64,000 bases of DNA, from NCBI RefSeq assembly GCF_003987725.1, contig NZ_RXJH01000005.1; one strand, given 5' to 3'. Under the pieces are notes generated by a model, which did not search any database, was not told the DNA's origin, and saw only the letters and a program-made list of their open reading frames with translations. The stretch comes from Hyphomicrobium sp. GTDB lineage: Bacteria > Pseudomonadota > Alphaproteobacteria > Rhizobiales > Hyphomicrobiaceae. Position 1 is the stretch's first letter. Each line of letters opens with the position of its first letter. Position numbers and translations under genes: made by a program. Below, in pieces: positions 52,033 through 62,754 of this stretch.

Positions 52033-52878
52033 ATGCCGAAAGTACTCATCACCGGAACGTCGTCCGGCTTCGGGCTTGTGACAACCGTCGAGCTTGCGAG
52101 ACGCGGCTGGGACGTCGTTGCCACGATGCGCGATGTCGAGAAGCGAAAGAAACTCGAACGCGAGCTGGAGGCCGCAGGCGTAAGCGCGAAGGTTCGCATC
52201 GGCCAGCTGGATGTAACAGACCCCGCATCGATCGACCGTGCGGTCGCCGACCTCGATCTTCCCCATACCCCCCTCGATGCGGTCATCCATAATGCCGGCG
52301 TCGCCGTCGGCGGCGTATTCGAGGATCTGGATGAGGCGAACATCCGCCGCGTGATGGAGGTCAACTATTTCGGAGTGCTGGCGCTGACGAAGCGCCTGCT
52401 GCCGGCCTTCCGCGCCCAGAAGCGGGGCCGCATTGTCATCTTATCGAGCGAGGCCGCCTTCGCGGGCATGCCCGCCAACTCACCTTACACCGCCTCCAAA
52501 TGGGCCATCGAAGGATGGGCGGAATCGCTCGCCTACGAGGTGGAACCTTTCAACATCGAGATCATCTTGATCGAGCCCGGCGCCTATCTCACTGACATCT
52601 GGCAAAGCTCACCGCGCGTGTTGCCGAAGACTAGCGCGTATTACCCGCTTACACGCCACCTCGAGCCTACGATCGACGCCCATGTCGCAAAATTCGCGCG
52701 CGATCCGATCGAAGTCGCCAAGGCCGTCGCCAATGCACTCGAAGCGCCGCGTCCCAGGTTCCGGAATGCGGTCGGCCCGACCGCCAAATTCATGCACCTC
52801 GCGCGCGGCAAGCTGCCAAGCACGGTCGTGCGCAAAATGTTCAGCCGATTTTTCTCATTGAATAAGGTGCGCTGGTAA
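52033..52878 (+). CDS. SDR family oxidoreductase
   Basis: TGTSSGFG, NAG, YTASK. Confidence 0.92.
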   Translation: MPKVLITGTSSGFGLVTTVELARRGWDVVATMRDVEKRKKLERELEAAGVSAKVRIGQLDVTDPASIDRAVADLDLPHTPLDAVIHNAGVAVGGVFEDLDEANIRRVMEVNYFGVLALTKRLLPAFRAQKRGRIVILSSEAAFAGMPANSPYTASKWAIEGWAESLAYEVEPFNIEIILIEPGAYLTDIWQSSPRVLPKTSAYYPLTRHLEPTIDAHVAKFARDPIEVAKAVANALEAPRPRFRNAVGPTAKFMHLARGKLPSTVVRKMFSRFFSLNKVRW

Positions 52879-52981
52879 TCGGCGATGGAAGCGGCGCGCG
52901 GCGATTCGGACGGCCGGCACCACAAGCACACCCCGCCGCCCGCTGCGAGCGGGCGGCGATCGTCCGAAGCAACTGACGCGC

Positions 52982-53245
52982 TTACTGCTTATGTTCGCGC
53001 TTGTACTGTTCGATGTCCGCCTGCGTGACCTCGCTCGATTTTCCGAGCGCCTGGATGCAACCGTCCGTCAGCATCTTGCGGTGCTCGCGCATGCACTGTC
53101 TCGCCGGTTCCGTGCCAACTTTATGCTGGCTGCAATAGGCCGCGTAATCCGAAGAGCACGCGTCCTTGACGGCTTGAGTGACCGCGAATGCACAACCCGA
53201 CGACAAGGCAAGCGTCATCGCCGCAAGAATTGCGACCTTCTGCAT
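52982..53245 (-). CDS. Small secreted Cys-rich-repeat protein
   Basis: Signal peptide; CSSDYAAYCS...CMREH..LTDGC. Confidence 0.75.
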   Translation of the reverse strand: MQKVAILAAMTLALSSGCAFAVTQAVKDACSSDYAAYCSQHKVGTEPARQCMREHRKMLTDGCIQALGKSSEVTQADIEQYKREHKQ

Positions 53246-53562
53246 ATTGATCATCCTTCAATGGTATTCCCCTGCAGCAACGCAAATGACGTGACCTTGT
53301 TCCGCGGTCAAGAGCGATAAGCAGAAACGCAACAGAGCAAGTACGATTGTGAAAGTGAACTCGCGGGCCTCGCTCGCGATCTGCAAACTAATCGTGCATG
53401 CAGACGACATTACCGAGATGCGAACTTGCGCCGAAGATAGCGAGCAAAAGGGCCTTGCCCCTCTGAAGAAAGACCGCGCTGATAGACACTCGGTGAGCAC
53501 TCTGATCAAAATTTATACGAATAAGAATTCCACTCGCTTTCACGCACCGATCCTGCGCGGCT

Positions 53563-54810
53563 TCACTTCAAGCGCAGCTTGCGGTCTGTCATATCGACGA
53601 CATCTGCGGCGGGAGGACGTGGCGAAACCTGATTGCGTCCGTTGCGCTTCGCCGCATAAAGAGCCGAGTCTGCGGCCGAAATAATGACGCCGACGCGGAT
53701 CTCGCGGCTCACGATGGCCGATGCGACGCCCATGCTCACGGTCACCACTTCCCCGAGTGCCAGAGCCGGATGCGGAATGGCCGCATCCTCGATCGCGCGC
53801 CGGATACGTTCCGAAATTCTGACGGCGGTCGCAAGATCGACGTCCCGCAGGACGAGGATGAATTCCTCGCCGCCAAATCGGAACGCCGCATCGACATGAT
53901 CCCGAAGTTCACTCTGAATGATGCCCGCGACACGCTTGAGGCAAACGTCGCCCGCCTGATGCCCCGCGGTATCGTTGAACGCCTTGAAGTGATCGATATC
54001 AAGCAGCACGATCGCCAGCTCCTGCCCGACGGCCTTGCTCTGATTGCAGCCTTCGATCACCTCGTCCAGCGAGCGGCGATTGCGAAGCCCCGTCAACGGA
54101 TCGCGGCGGCTTTCGACGTCGAGATCGCGCCGCTGCAAACGTCCGCGCAAGGATAGAAGAAAATTCATCCGCATCTCGCGTTCGAGCACGTACGAGGCGA
54201 AGATCGACAGGACAACGGCACAGGCGAAGACGGCATTCGCCGACACCTGAAATTCGAAGGGATAGGCCGGTAGCATTGCCAAGCCGACGGCGTGCATCGC
54301 GAAGCATGCAAGGCAAGCCGCCACGGCGTACCAGAAGCGGACACGCTGCACCATCGTGATAAATAGCAGAATGAGGATAATGACTTGGTGTTGAGCGTCA
54401 TGATGTGGACTATGGCCGATCAACATCAGATAGAGGTTGCTACCCGCTCCGAGGACGACGGCCCCCGCCGCCGCCAGAAATTCGCGCACCCCAACCGGCG
54501 GGTTTAAATAGAGCGCCGCAATCACAAGCAATGCGATGGGCGTAATGATGCCGAGACGCAGCCAGAGAGCCGTATGAAATGTGTCGGGCGCGGCCAGCCA
54601 GTCGGGTATCAAAAAGAGATTGTAAAGCACGAGGCCAAACAGGCCGCCGGCCGCGAGCTGCCGGGACCGCTCGGCGCCAACCTCCCGTTCGAATGCCGCC
54701 TCGAGCCGCCGGGGAAACTTGAGCAGAGGAAAGCCGGACTCGATCGTCCACTCGACGATTGTCGAGTCGATGCCGGCCGGTATTGTTTCGACGGTAACAG
54801 GTTCCATCAT
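53563..54810 (-). CDS. Membrane-bound diguanylate cyclase
   Basis: Six TM segments, DPLTGLRNRR, DIDHFK..ND..GH..GD, RFGGEEF. Confidence 0.92.
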   Translation of the reverse strand: MMEPVTVETIPAGIDSTIVEWTIESGFPLLKFPRRLEAAFEREVGAERSRQLAAGGLFGLVLYNLFLIPDWLAAPDTFHTALWLRLGIITPIALLVIAALYLNPPVGVREFLAAAGAVVLGAGSNLYLMLIGHSPHHDAQHQVIILILLFITMVQRVRFWYAVAACLACFAMHAVGLAMLPAYPFEFQVSANAVFACAVVLSIFASYVLEREMRMNFLLSLRGRLQRRDLDVESRRDPLTGLRNRRSLDEVIEGCNQSKAVGQELAIVLLDIDHFKAFNDTAGHQAGDVCLKRVAGIIQSELRDHVDAAFRFGGEEFILVLRDVDLATAVRISERIRRAIEDAAIPHPALALGEVVTVSMGVASAIVSREIRVGVIISAADSALYAAKRNGRNQVSPRPPAADVVDMTDRKLRLK

Positions 54811-55133
54811 ACCCACTTTTGCTCAGTTCACGGCATGAGCAAAAGGAACGTTAAAACCGGTCATCTTAATAGGAAGTACACAGAGCACATCCACAAATAC
54901 CGTCCGACTTCGGCGGATATGACAATTTCGTAAGAACCGCCTCAATGTTGATGAGCGTTCAAAACGATGTCCGTGACAATGATCAGAAAATATCGTTGTT
55001 TTTCCGAGCACTGAAATGCTGCCCGTTCGCGAATTCATTGCTCTTCATCGGCTCTGCGTGGTTTACGAAAGCTCCACGCCACATCCAAAGCGTGCAGCGA
55101 ATTTTTCGAAGAATGCTTGCAGGATGTTTAAAG

Positions 55134-56414
55134 TCATTCATGAACGGCCGTCTTGTCGAAAGTCGTGCCGCTCGGCTGGACAAGTTTCCGCGTTCCGCCG
55201 CCTGGCTTGACGAAGAGAAGAAGAAGCCCTGCCACCAGGATCATCCCGCTCGCAGCCTGGAAAGTCGCACTGAACGGAACGTCCTGCTCTTTCAGTCGCC
55301 CGCCGACATAGGTCATGACGCCACCGGCCGTCGTCCCCGCAAAATTCAACAGCCCATACGCCGTTGCCCGGAGGCGAAAATCGACGACCGTACACGCCGC
55401 CGGCATCAGGTTCGCATCGAGAAAGCCTTGCGACATGCCCGCAACGATGATGCAGCCGAGAATGACCGGAACGTAGTCGACGGCTCCCATGAGGAACAGA
55501 CAAGGTGAAGCGACGATGAATCCGATGGCCGGCACGAGGGCCCGCGCACGAACATTCCAACCCGCCCACCAATCCGAGACGCTGCTCGCGATCAGCATTC
55601 CGAGAAACGCCGCGCCATTGAACGTCATCGGGCCATAAACCCCGGCCCACGCCGGATCGACACCGAGCTCCGCCCGAAAGAACTCCGCGAGCCAATTCCG
55701 AACCGGCCAATAGGCAGCGCCGTCGAGGACATTCATCGCGAGCAGCAACAGAAATCCCGGCACGAAGAAGAGTGACGCGAAGGTCGCGCTCCTCGGCGCG
55801 TGCACGTCGATATCCTCGCGGGCGGCCGCCGAACCCTGGGCGGTCTCCACCCGGGATGGAAAGATGATCATCAGCAGCAGCGCATAGGCGACGCCGATCC
55901 CGCCGATGAGAAGGAAAACCGCGCGCCAGCCGAAGGCTTCCGCCATGAAGCCGCCAAGACCGCCGATCACCGATCCCGCGTAAACCCCGCTCAAGTGCAA
56001 ACCTGTTGCTCGGCTTCGCGTCGCTCCGCGATGGTATTCGACGATCAACGCGACCGCCGCCGGCATATAGAAGGCTTCACTGACGCCGAGGGTCGCCCGC
56101 GCCAGAAGCATGCCTTCGAATGAGGTGACGAGACCGCTGGCGAAGGTGGCGGCTGACCAGACGACGAGGCTGGTCAGGATGACCTTCTTCTTGCCCACGC
56201 GATCGGCAACGTAGCCGGCCATTGGCGAACAGAAGCCGTAGACCCAGAGAAAGACCGACGATAGCAGGCCGAATTTCTCGTCGCGGAGATCGAGGTCGGC
56301 CTTGATAGGCCCCGGCATCGTAACGACGAGTTGCCGGTCGAGGTAATTGAGCAACGCGACCGCCCACAGCAAGCCGACAATCGTCCACCCAACGCGGCTC
56401 GCTTTTGCTGTCAT
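55134..56414 (-). CDS. MFS transporter (ACS/spinster-like)
   Basis: LLNYLDRQL, GYVADRVGKK, 12 TM segments. Confidence 0.9.
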   Translation of the reverse strand: MTAKASRVGWTIVGLLWAVALLNYLDRQLVVTMPGPIKADLDLRDEKFGLLSSVFLWVYGFCSPMAGYVADRVGKKKVILTSLVVWSAATFASGLVTSFEGMLLARATLGVSEAFYMPAAVALIVEYHRGATRSRATGLHLSGVYAGSVIGGLGGFMAEAFGWRAVFLLIGGIGVAYALLLMIIFPSRVETAQGSAAAREDIDVHAPRSATFASLFFVPGFLLLLAMNVLDGAAYWPVRNWLAEFFRAELGVDPAWAGVYGPMTFNGAAFLGMLIASSVSDWWAGWNVRARALVPAIGFIVASPCLFLMGAVDYVPVILGCIIVAGMSQGFLDANLMPAACTVVDFRLRATAYGLLNFAGTTAGGVMTYVGGRLKEQDVPFSATFQAASGMILVAGLLLLFVKPGGGTRKLVQPSGTTFDKTAVHE

Positions 56415-56461
56415 TCCCCGTCGCGCCCCAAACCCCGTCGCGACTTACGCTGAAGCGAGGC

Positions 56462-56746
56462 TCACCGCAACCGGTAGCAATTGTGGAAGACCCGCGGGGA
56501 TCGCGTGACGTCGTAACCGACAAGACATTGGACGAGATAATTCTCGTTAGGATTCTTGAACAGGATGAACGTCGAACGATTGTCGGAGTTGCTGGCATAG
56601 CCAGCGATCTGCCAGCCGGATTTCATCAGCTCTTCGATAGACCCGGCCGACTCATCGGAAACCGCGTCGGCGTTGGCGGCCGTGATGAAAACGGCCGGCG
56701 AGATGAGAAGTCCTGCCATGAAAGCAGCATGCATCCGAGCAAGCAT
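56462..56746 (-). CDS. Small secreted hypothetical protein
   Basis: Signal-like N-terminus ending ANA; two C-terminal Cys. Confidence 0.6.
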   Translation of the reverse strand: MLARMHAAFMAGLLISPAVFITAANADAVSDESAGSIEELMKSGWQIAGYASNSDNRSTFILFKNPNENYLVQCLVGYDVTRSPRVFHNCYRLR

Positions 56747-56771
56747 CGCAAAGTCTCCCGGCAACGAGAGT

Positions 56772-57359
56772 TCAGCCGCCGGATGGAAGCGTCACGCTTG
56801 AATGCCAGCTCCGGCCGCTCGATGGTATCATATGGAAGCCGAGTAATCCCGCGATCGTGGCCTGCCACGGAACCAACAGGACGGCACCGCCATCGTAATA
56901 GTTCGTCGCCGGCAAAAGCAAACCGAGCAAGGCTCCGGCAACGACAAGGCTGCCGAAAGCGAGCTTTGTTCTGAGCGACGGCACCGCGACAGCCGCCCCA
57001 GCCCAGGTGATGACCGCCCCGACTGCGCCAGCAGCAAAGCCCGCGGAATATCCTCTGAGAAAACCGGGCAGCAGCTCCGAAAGCCAAGGTCTGTCGATCT
57101 GGATCGCAACGTTGACCGCCGCTTCCCACGCAACCCACGTCGTCAGGATGACCGTGATCGCGCTCGCCGCAGAAGCATGTCCAAATCGCCAAACCCCGTA
57201 ACCGACGACAAAACCGAACCATACGCCGGTCAGGACGAGATAGAGGCCGGGCTGAGGTGCCGCGCCATAATTGCCACCGACGAGTTGGCTGCCGAGCACC
57301 GCCGAAAATAATCCGCAGGCGGCAAGAAAAGAGGCCGAATGACGAAGAAGCGCTGACAT
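56772..57359 (-). CDS. Membrane hypothetical protein
   Basis: Five to six Gly/Ala-rich TM segments. Confidence 0.6.
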   Translation of the reverse strand: MSALLRHSASFLAACGLFSAVLGSQLVGGNYGAAPQPGLYLVLTGVWFGFVVGYGVWRFGHASAASAITVILTTWVAWEAAVNVAIQIDRPWLSELLPGFLRGYSAGFAAGAVGAVITWAGAAVAVPSLRTKLAFGSLVVAGALLGLLLPATNYYDGGAVLLVPWQATIAGLLGFHMIPSSGRSWHSSVTLPSGG

Positions 57360-57551
57360 CGAGAGCCCTCACGGCGATGATATCAGATCGAATTAAAGCG
57401 CGGCATGGTGACTGCAGAATGGTGGAGAAAAGGCATTCCCTGTGCATTCAGCCAACTTGGTAACCGGGGAACAACCTTAATCGACTAGACGTTAGGCGCC
57501 TGCATGCATTCATTCGTACCCACCACAGTCAGCCACACCGGGAGAAGACCA

Positions 57552-57683
57552 ATGAAAGTCGCCGCTCTTGGAATATGCATTGCCGCGTTGATGCTTGGAG
57601 CCTGCCGTCGCGAGACGCCGGAATACACACCGATGAAGCTCGGTGGCCCCGCATCGGCCGCTCAAGACACCACGCAGCGCTAG
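57552..57683 (+). CDS. 43-aa lipoprotein (below the ORF-track cutoff)
   Basis: GGAGA RBS; MKVAALGICIAALMLGAC lipobox. Confidence 0.6.
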   Translation: MKVAALGICIAALMLGACRRETPEYTPMKLGGPASAAQDTTQR

Positions 57684-57905
57684 TCACATCCGTTCCTTCC
57701 GAAGTTTCGTATTCAAAATTGCGCAGTGCAGCGCCGGCGCCACTCGATCAGATCATCGTCGACGCTGCTTCACTTTGGCTATTGAGACAGGACCTGAGTC
57801 GAACATACCCTTCTCGCAACGTCAGAAGAAGACTTTCGAGGTCACGCACAAGTTGGGATCGAATGGCAGCTAACCTGCTGCGTCGATGAACGATTTGGAG
57901 CGATC

Positions 57906-58028
57906 ATGACGGAAAAGACTGACGCCATCTTTGCCATTGCCCTCCTCATCCTGACGATTGTCGGTTTGGCCATCTCCTCGGTCGCGCACGCTGAAGAGGC
58001 GTGCGCCCTCGCAACATATCTTCGCTGA
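57906..58028 (+). CDS. 40-aa secreted or membrane peptide (below the ORF-track cutoff)
   Basis: GGAG RBS; MTEKTDAIFAIALLILTIVGLAISSVAHAEEACALATYLR. Confidence 0.5.
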   Translation: MTEKTDAIFAIALLILTIVGLAISSVAHAEEACALATYLR

Positions 58029-58095
58029 TCAAATTTTATTGCGGCGCATACTGAACGCCGAAGCGCCAAGCTTGCTCGCCGAGCGGTCGCAGATA

Positions 58096-59136
58096 TCAGT
58101 CGTAGATATACGTGACCATGAAGGTGCGGTCGGCGAGGTTGGAGCCGGCCGGCGGTATCGGGTAGCTCGTCTGCTTGGCAGCGAACACGACGTCCTGATT
58201 GAGCGACGGATCTTTTGCTCCCGAGAGCAACTTGACCTCGACGACATTCCCGCTTTCCGAAAGCAGAATTCGCACCGTCACGCGGCCCAGCGCATTGGTA
58301 AGCTGCGGCATCGTCCCTTGCAGGGCGCGGATCACCGCCCGCGCAAATGCGTCGTTGAGACCGGATCGCGTGATGCCGGGCGGCCGCTGAAAGGCAGCCC
58401 CGCCGCCACCGCCGAACGACGGCACGGCGGGCGCTGAAAGATCGAGAGACGCGAGATTTTTCTTCTGCGCCTTCGCCGGCGGCTTCGGCGCTGGCTTGGC
58501 CGCCTTCTTCGTCTCTGGCTTCGTCTCGTGCTTAGCTTCGGGCTTAGCCTCCGGATTTGGCTTCGGCTTTTCCTGGCTCTGCAGCTTCGAAGGATCTTCA
58601 TCCTGAAGCGAGAACAGGTCCGGCGGATTGCTGTCTGGGCTCGTGTCGTCGAGCTTCGCGACCTCCTGTTCCGGCTTCACCGGGTCCGGCTCCGCCTTTT
58701 CCTCCGGAACGTCCGGAGGCGTCGGAGGCTGCGGCTTCTCTTGGGCTTGCGGCGGCGGTGGAGGAGTTTCCGGTTGAGGCTCCTGCTTGGCCTCTTCCGG
58801 CTTCGGCGTCGGAACGGGCTGCGGCGGCGGCTTCGCCTCCTGTACCGGCGCCATCGGACCGGGAGGCGGCGTCACTGGCTCATCGGCCATGGCGCGGTTC
58901 TTGAGATCGGATTCCGTCACCAGCGAAACGCTGATCGCGTCGTTGGCGCCGGACTCGCTGCCCAGGCGCTTCGCGTTGCCGTTCGAGACGGCGCTTATGA
59001 AAAATGAGGCGTGCAATAGCGCTGCACAGGCGAGCGCGATGTAGAAATTCCGCTCGCGCTTCGACGTGCCCGCGCCCCATTGCGCGAACCCTGCAATAGA
59101 AAGACCAGCCGTTTGCCCCACGTCTTCGGCAGTCAT
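58096..59136 (-). CDS. TonB family protein
   Basis: TM with the xALLH motif, long Pro/Glu/Lys-rich linker, C-terminal GRVTVRILLSESGNV...D domain. Confidence 0.85.
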   Translation of the reverse strand: MTAEDVGQTAGLSIAGFAQWGAGTSKRERNFYIALACAALLHASFFISAVSNGNAKRLGSESGANDAISVSLVTESDLKNRAMADEPVTPPPGPMAPVQEAKPPPQPVPTPKPEEAKQEPQPETPPPPPQAQEKPQPPTPPDVPEEKAEPDPVKPEQEVAKLDDTSPDSNPPDLFSLQDEDPSKLQSQEKPKPNPEAKPEAKHETKPETKKAAKPAPKPPAKAQKKNLASLDLSAPAVPSFGGGGGAAFQRPPGITRSGLNDAFARAVIRALQGTMPQLTNALGRVTVRILLSESGNVVEVKLLSGAKDPSLNQDVVFAAKQTSYPIPPAGSNLADRTFMVTYIYD

Positions 59137-59332
59137 GCTGTTACGATCGATCCCAACGGTAGCGGCTCACATTTCTTGCCCCGGCCCGAACCAGAGATGA
59201 TAGTTGATCGGCAGAAAAACGCCGAGATGGCATGTAAGCGATTATGAGTGATGCGCCCTGAGGTCGCGGGAAAAAGACCAATGCATTCAAACTAGGCGAT
59301 TCGCCGAACCCTATGGTTGAAGCTCTCACGTC

Positions 59333-60193
59333 ATGAAGGCGCCCATGCCCAGCAAAAAGAACGAACCCGCCGGGAAAATCCGTGCCGGCATCGGCGGCTG
59401 GACGTTCGAGCCCTGGCGCGGCGTGTTCTACCCCGAAGGCCTCCCCCATGCAAAAGAGCTGGAATACGCCAGCCACCATCTTGCCACGATTGAGGTCAAC
59501 GGCACCTACTACCGGACGCAGAAGCCATCGACGTTTGCGAGCTGGGCCAAGGAAAGTCCCGATAATTTTGTCTTTTCCTTGAAGGGGCCGCGCTACACGA
59601 CGAACCGCCGTGTCCTTGCCGAGGCGGGAGAGTCAATCTCGCGATTTATCGATTCCGGCATAACCGAACTCGGATCGAAGCTCGGCCCCCTGCTCTGGCA
59701 ATTCGCGCCGACGAAAAAGTTTGACGCAGCCGACTTCGGCGCCTTCCTCGATCTGCTTCCCTCGAAGGTCGGCAGCCACCGCTTGCAACATGTAGTCGAG
59801 CCGCGGCACCCGTCATTCTGCACGCCCGAGTTCGTGGAGCTGGTACGAAAGAAATCCGTCGCCATCGTCTACGCCGATCACGCGACTTATCCCGCGATCG
59901 CCGACATCACGAGCGACTTCGTCTACGCACGGCTGCAGACCGGCGACGACAGCATCCCGACGGCGTACAAACCGAAGGCGCTCGACCAGTGGGCCGAACG
60001 TGCAAAAGCCTGGGCCACGGGCGACACTCCGAAAGATCTTCCGATAATCGACAAAAGCGCGAAACTCGCGCCTTCGCCGCGCGATGTTTTCGTCTTCTTC
60101 ATTCACGAAGGCAAAGTCCGCGCCCCGGCTGCCGCCATGGCTTTTCAGAAACGCGTCTCGCCGGCAGACAAAGTCGGAAAGCCCAGCGCCTAA
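59333..60193 (+). CDS. DUF72 (YecE/YunF) family protein
   Basis: GIGGWTFEPWRGVFYP, IEVNGTYY, LGPLLWQF, FVYARL. Confidence 0.92.
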   Translation: MKAPMPSKKNEPAGKIRAGIGGWTFEPWRGVFYPEGLPHAKELEYASHHLATIEVNGTYYRTQKPSTFASWAKESPDNFVFSLKGPRYTTNRRVLAEAGESISRFIDSGITELGSKLGPLLWQFAPTKKFDAADFGAFLDLLPSKVGSHRLQHVVEPRHPSFCTPEFVELVRKKSVAIVYADHATYPAIADITSDFVYARLQTGDDSIPTAYKPKALDQWAERAKAWATGDTPKDLPIIDKSAKLAPSPRDVFVFFIHEGKVRAPAAAMAFQKRVSPADKVGKPSA

Positions 60194-60305
60194 TCCCTGA
60201 TCGCCATCGGTCGTTCCTCAAGGAACAGGCAACGCCATCGTCCTTCTGGCCATATGCGGCGCTTCAGAACAGCAGCCGCTGCCATGTCCGGCCAGGAATC
60301 CCCCG

Positions 60306-60653
60306 ATGCTCAGCAACTTCCAAGTCGCTCTGAATGCGTTTTCATTGATCCTCCTCCCGCTCGCGCTTCACTCGCTCGCGAACGGCTCGGTACCGCCCAA
60401 AAATTCTTGGGTGACATCGTACTACGAAGCCGAGAGATACCTCGGCCCCACAGGAAACGTCATGCTTCTGGCGCTCTGCGGGGCCAACCTCGTCACGCTG
60501 GGTATGAATTTCGGCTTTATCCCGCAGACGAGCCCGGATTTCGACGGACTGGTAGCCACACCCTTCATAATCCTAGCGATCGCTTATTTGGTCCTCTGGA
60601 TCCGAGCGATAAGGAAGGTTCGCCGACGCGATCGCGACGACACCCACGCATAG
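60306..60653 (+). CDS. Three-TM hypothetical protein
   Basis: Hydrophobic helices with a basic C-terminus. Confidence 0.55.
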   Translation: MLSNFQVALNAFSLILLPLALHSLANGSVPPKNSWVTSYYEAERYLGPTGNVMLLALCGANLVTLGMNFGFIPQTSPDFDGLVATPFIILAIAYLVLWIRAIRKVRRRDRDDTHA

Positions 60654-60675
60654 CGAGGAAGAAACTCAGCCGCGG

Positions 60676-61083
60676 TTACTTCTTGGCCGCCTCTTCGTCG
60701 AGATTGAGACAGACGGAATTGATGCAATACCGCTTCCCGCTCTCCGTCGGACCATCGTCGAAAACGTGACCGAGATGCGAGCCGCAGCGCGCGCATGTGA
60801 TCTCCGTGCGAACCATGCCGTGCGACGTGTCCGAATAATATTCAACGGCACCGGGAAGCGCCTCGTCGAACGAAGGCCACCCCGTCCCGGAATCGAATTT
60901 CGCATCCGATGAAAAGAGAGGATTCCCGCAGGCAGCGCACGTGAACGTGCCGTCGCTATCGACCTCGAGATATTCGCCCGTGAACGGCCGCTCCGTGCCC
61001 TTCTCGCGCAGCACGCGATACTGCTCCGGCGTCAATCGCTTGCGCCACTCGGACTCGTCCATCGGCATCGATTTCTTTTCCAT
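60676..61083 (-). CDS. msrB: Peptide-methionine (R)-S-oxide reductase
   Basis: GTERPFTG, SGTGWPSF, HLGHVFDDGP, RYCINS. Confidence 0.96.
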   Translation of the reverse strand: MEKKSMPMDESEWRKRLTPEQYRVLREKGTERPFTGEYLEVDSDGTFTCAACGNPLFSSDAKFDSGTGWPSFDEALPGAVEYYSDTSHGMVRTEITCARCGSHLGHVFDDGPTESGKRYCINSVCLNLDEEAAKK

Positions 61084-61145
61084 ACGCCCTATATCCGCCA
61101 ACTGTTGCTGAGCTTCAAGCGGATACGCTCAGGCGCTGGCAAGCG

Positions 61146-61412
61146 TTACCGGCGGGCGCGCCAGTCGGGCCTGCGGTGATAGTTATAAAGGGGCCTCGGC
61201 GGAGGCGCCCGTACATAGCACGGTTGTGGGGCGTAGCAGCCGCTCGGCCATCCCCACCTGTCCATCAGATCCGCGCCGTTGGGCGTCAGGCTCCCCGCCC
61301 GGTATTCCGCACGAGCATGCTCAACGTCGAATATCGAGTCCCCGCTGACGGCTGCATGCGAGAGCATCACCGGCAGCAACAACGCCATCGCTATACGTAA
61401 TGCCGTCCTCAT
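61146..61412 (-). CDS. Small secreted protein, E-x-ARA...RWG family copy D
   Basis: DSIFDVEHARAEYRAG...ADLMDRWG. Confidence 0.7.
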   Translation of the reverse strand: MRTALRIAMALLLPVMLSHAAVSGDSIFDVEHARAEYRAGSLTPNGADLMDRWGWPSGCYAPQPCYVRAPPPRPLYNYHRRPDWRARR

Positions 61413-61687
61413 AGCGCACCATTGCCCAGTGATGTTCCTTGTCCGGCATATCTAGCCCGCCTTCCTAAGTCCCGCTACCGCAAGCAAGAACGTGGTGAGG
61501 AACTCCTTTCGACCCGCCGAACAAGTCGATAAATCATCAAGAGCAGCATAAGCGGCCGGCGCTTAAAGGACGGCCACGCGCCTCGCCGTTGCCACGTTGC
61601 AGGAGCGAATCTGGTAAACAGGGAGAATAAATCCGGGGCTCCGTGGCGATCGCCGTGCCCCTTCGCCGAAACAATGAGGAGCACATC

Positions 61688-61972
61688 ATGTCGGACCGGA
61701 CCCAACTCGCTATTGGCCGCAATTCGATATCCGTACCTCGCATGACGAAAAGGCTTGTCGAAGCCGTCATCGCAACTGGACTGACGTCCCTCGTCGCCTT
61801 CGTCATTCTGGTCTTGAACAACGTGCTGACGAACCGGGGCGGATGGGTTGAAGGCTTTGACGTCTGGCGCGCCTTCATGCGTCAGCCCGCAATTCTCGGA
61901 ACGATGTTTCTGACAGCGCTTGTCACAGTGCTGTTCCTCAGTTGGCAGCGGGATCGCCTCACGAAGCGCTGA
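61688..61972 (+). CDS. Two-TM hypothetical protein
   Basis: GAGGAG RBS; two TM segments. Confidence 0.7.
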   Translation: MSDRTQLAIGRNSISVPRMTKRLVEAVIATGLTSLVAFVILVLNNVLTNRGGWVEGFDVWRAFMRQPAILGTMFLTALVTVLFLSWQRDRLTKR

Positions 61973-61997
61973 TCCCTGTCACACCAATCAGATAAAT

Positions 61998-62027
61998 AAA
62001 AAACGGCGAGATCAAATCTCGCCGTTT
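61998..62027. terminator. Bidirectional terminator
   Basis: aaacggcgagat-caa-atctcgccgttt between convergent genes. Confidence 0.75.
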
Positions 62028-62058
62028 CCGTTTTCAGGAGTATGACCGAGAACGCAGC

Positions 62059-62496
62059 TTAGCTTTTCAGCGAGGCGTTGCACTGGCTGTAATAGCCGCC
62101 GCCTTTTTGTATCCACTTGAGGCCACCGTTGCCGTTGTTGGCCTTGTTGGCCCGGTATTGATCGAGGCAGGTGTGCATGCGGGCCTTGCCCGCCGTTTCC
62201 TTGGAATACTTCGGATCGATCGCCTTCGGGAAAATGGCCCCGCTGGCGGAAGGCGCCGCGGTTTCGCTCTTGGCTGCGGGCTTCTGCTCGGTGGTGGCGG
62301 GCGCGGCCGCTTCGGCTCCTGCTGCGCATTCCTTCTTCCGGAACTCGGCCCAGGTCTCGCCGTTCAAAGTGCCGGCAGACTTCGCTGCCTGGTACTTCAC
62401 GCTGCATTCTTTGGTCGAAAGTGCAAAGCTCGGCCCGGCGCCAACGGCTGCAAACGCCGCAAACACCACAGCCGATACCAGAAAGCGTGAGCTCAT
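62059..62496 (-). CDS. Secreted protein with PsiF-like Cys pairs
   Basis: Signal peptide; KECSVKYQAAK...WAEFRKKEC and C..QY..NK...YYSQC. Confidence 0.8.
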   Translation of the reverse strand: MSSRFLVSAVVFAAFAAVGAGPSFALSTKECSVKYQAAKSAGTLNGETWAEFRKKECAAGAEAAAPATTEQKPAAKSETAAPSASGAIFPKAIDPKYSKETAGKARMHTCLDQYRANKANNGNGGLKWIQKGGGYYSQCNASLKS

Positions 62497-62754
62497 TTGA
62501 AGTCTCCTTGGACGGCGATGAACAAACCGGCCCATAACAAATCCATATCCCTGCCGAGCAGCAAGCACAAAGAGAGTGTGCGCGCCGCCGACGGTGCGGC
62601 TACGATATAAGCTTTCGTCGGTGCTGCGAAAATGCGGATTCGGGTCTACTTACTAAAAAGTATAGGCATGGCGTGCACTTTCCGGACAAAAGAGGCGGGT
62701 CAACTCCATTCCAAACGGCGTTGGATTGTCGATACAATCAGCTTGGAGAAAATA

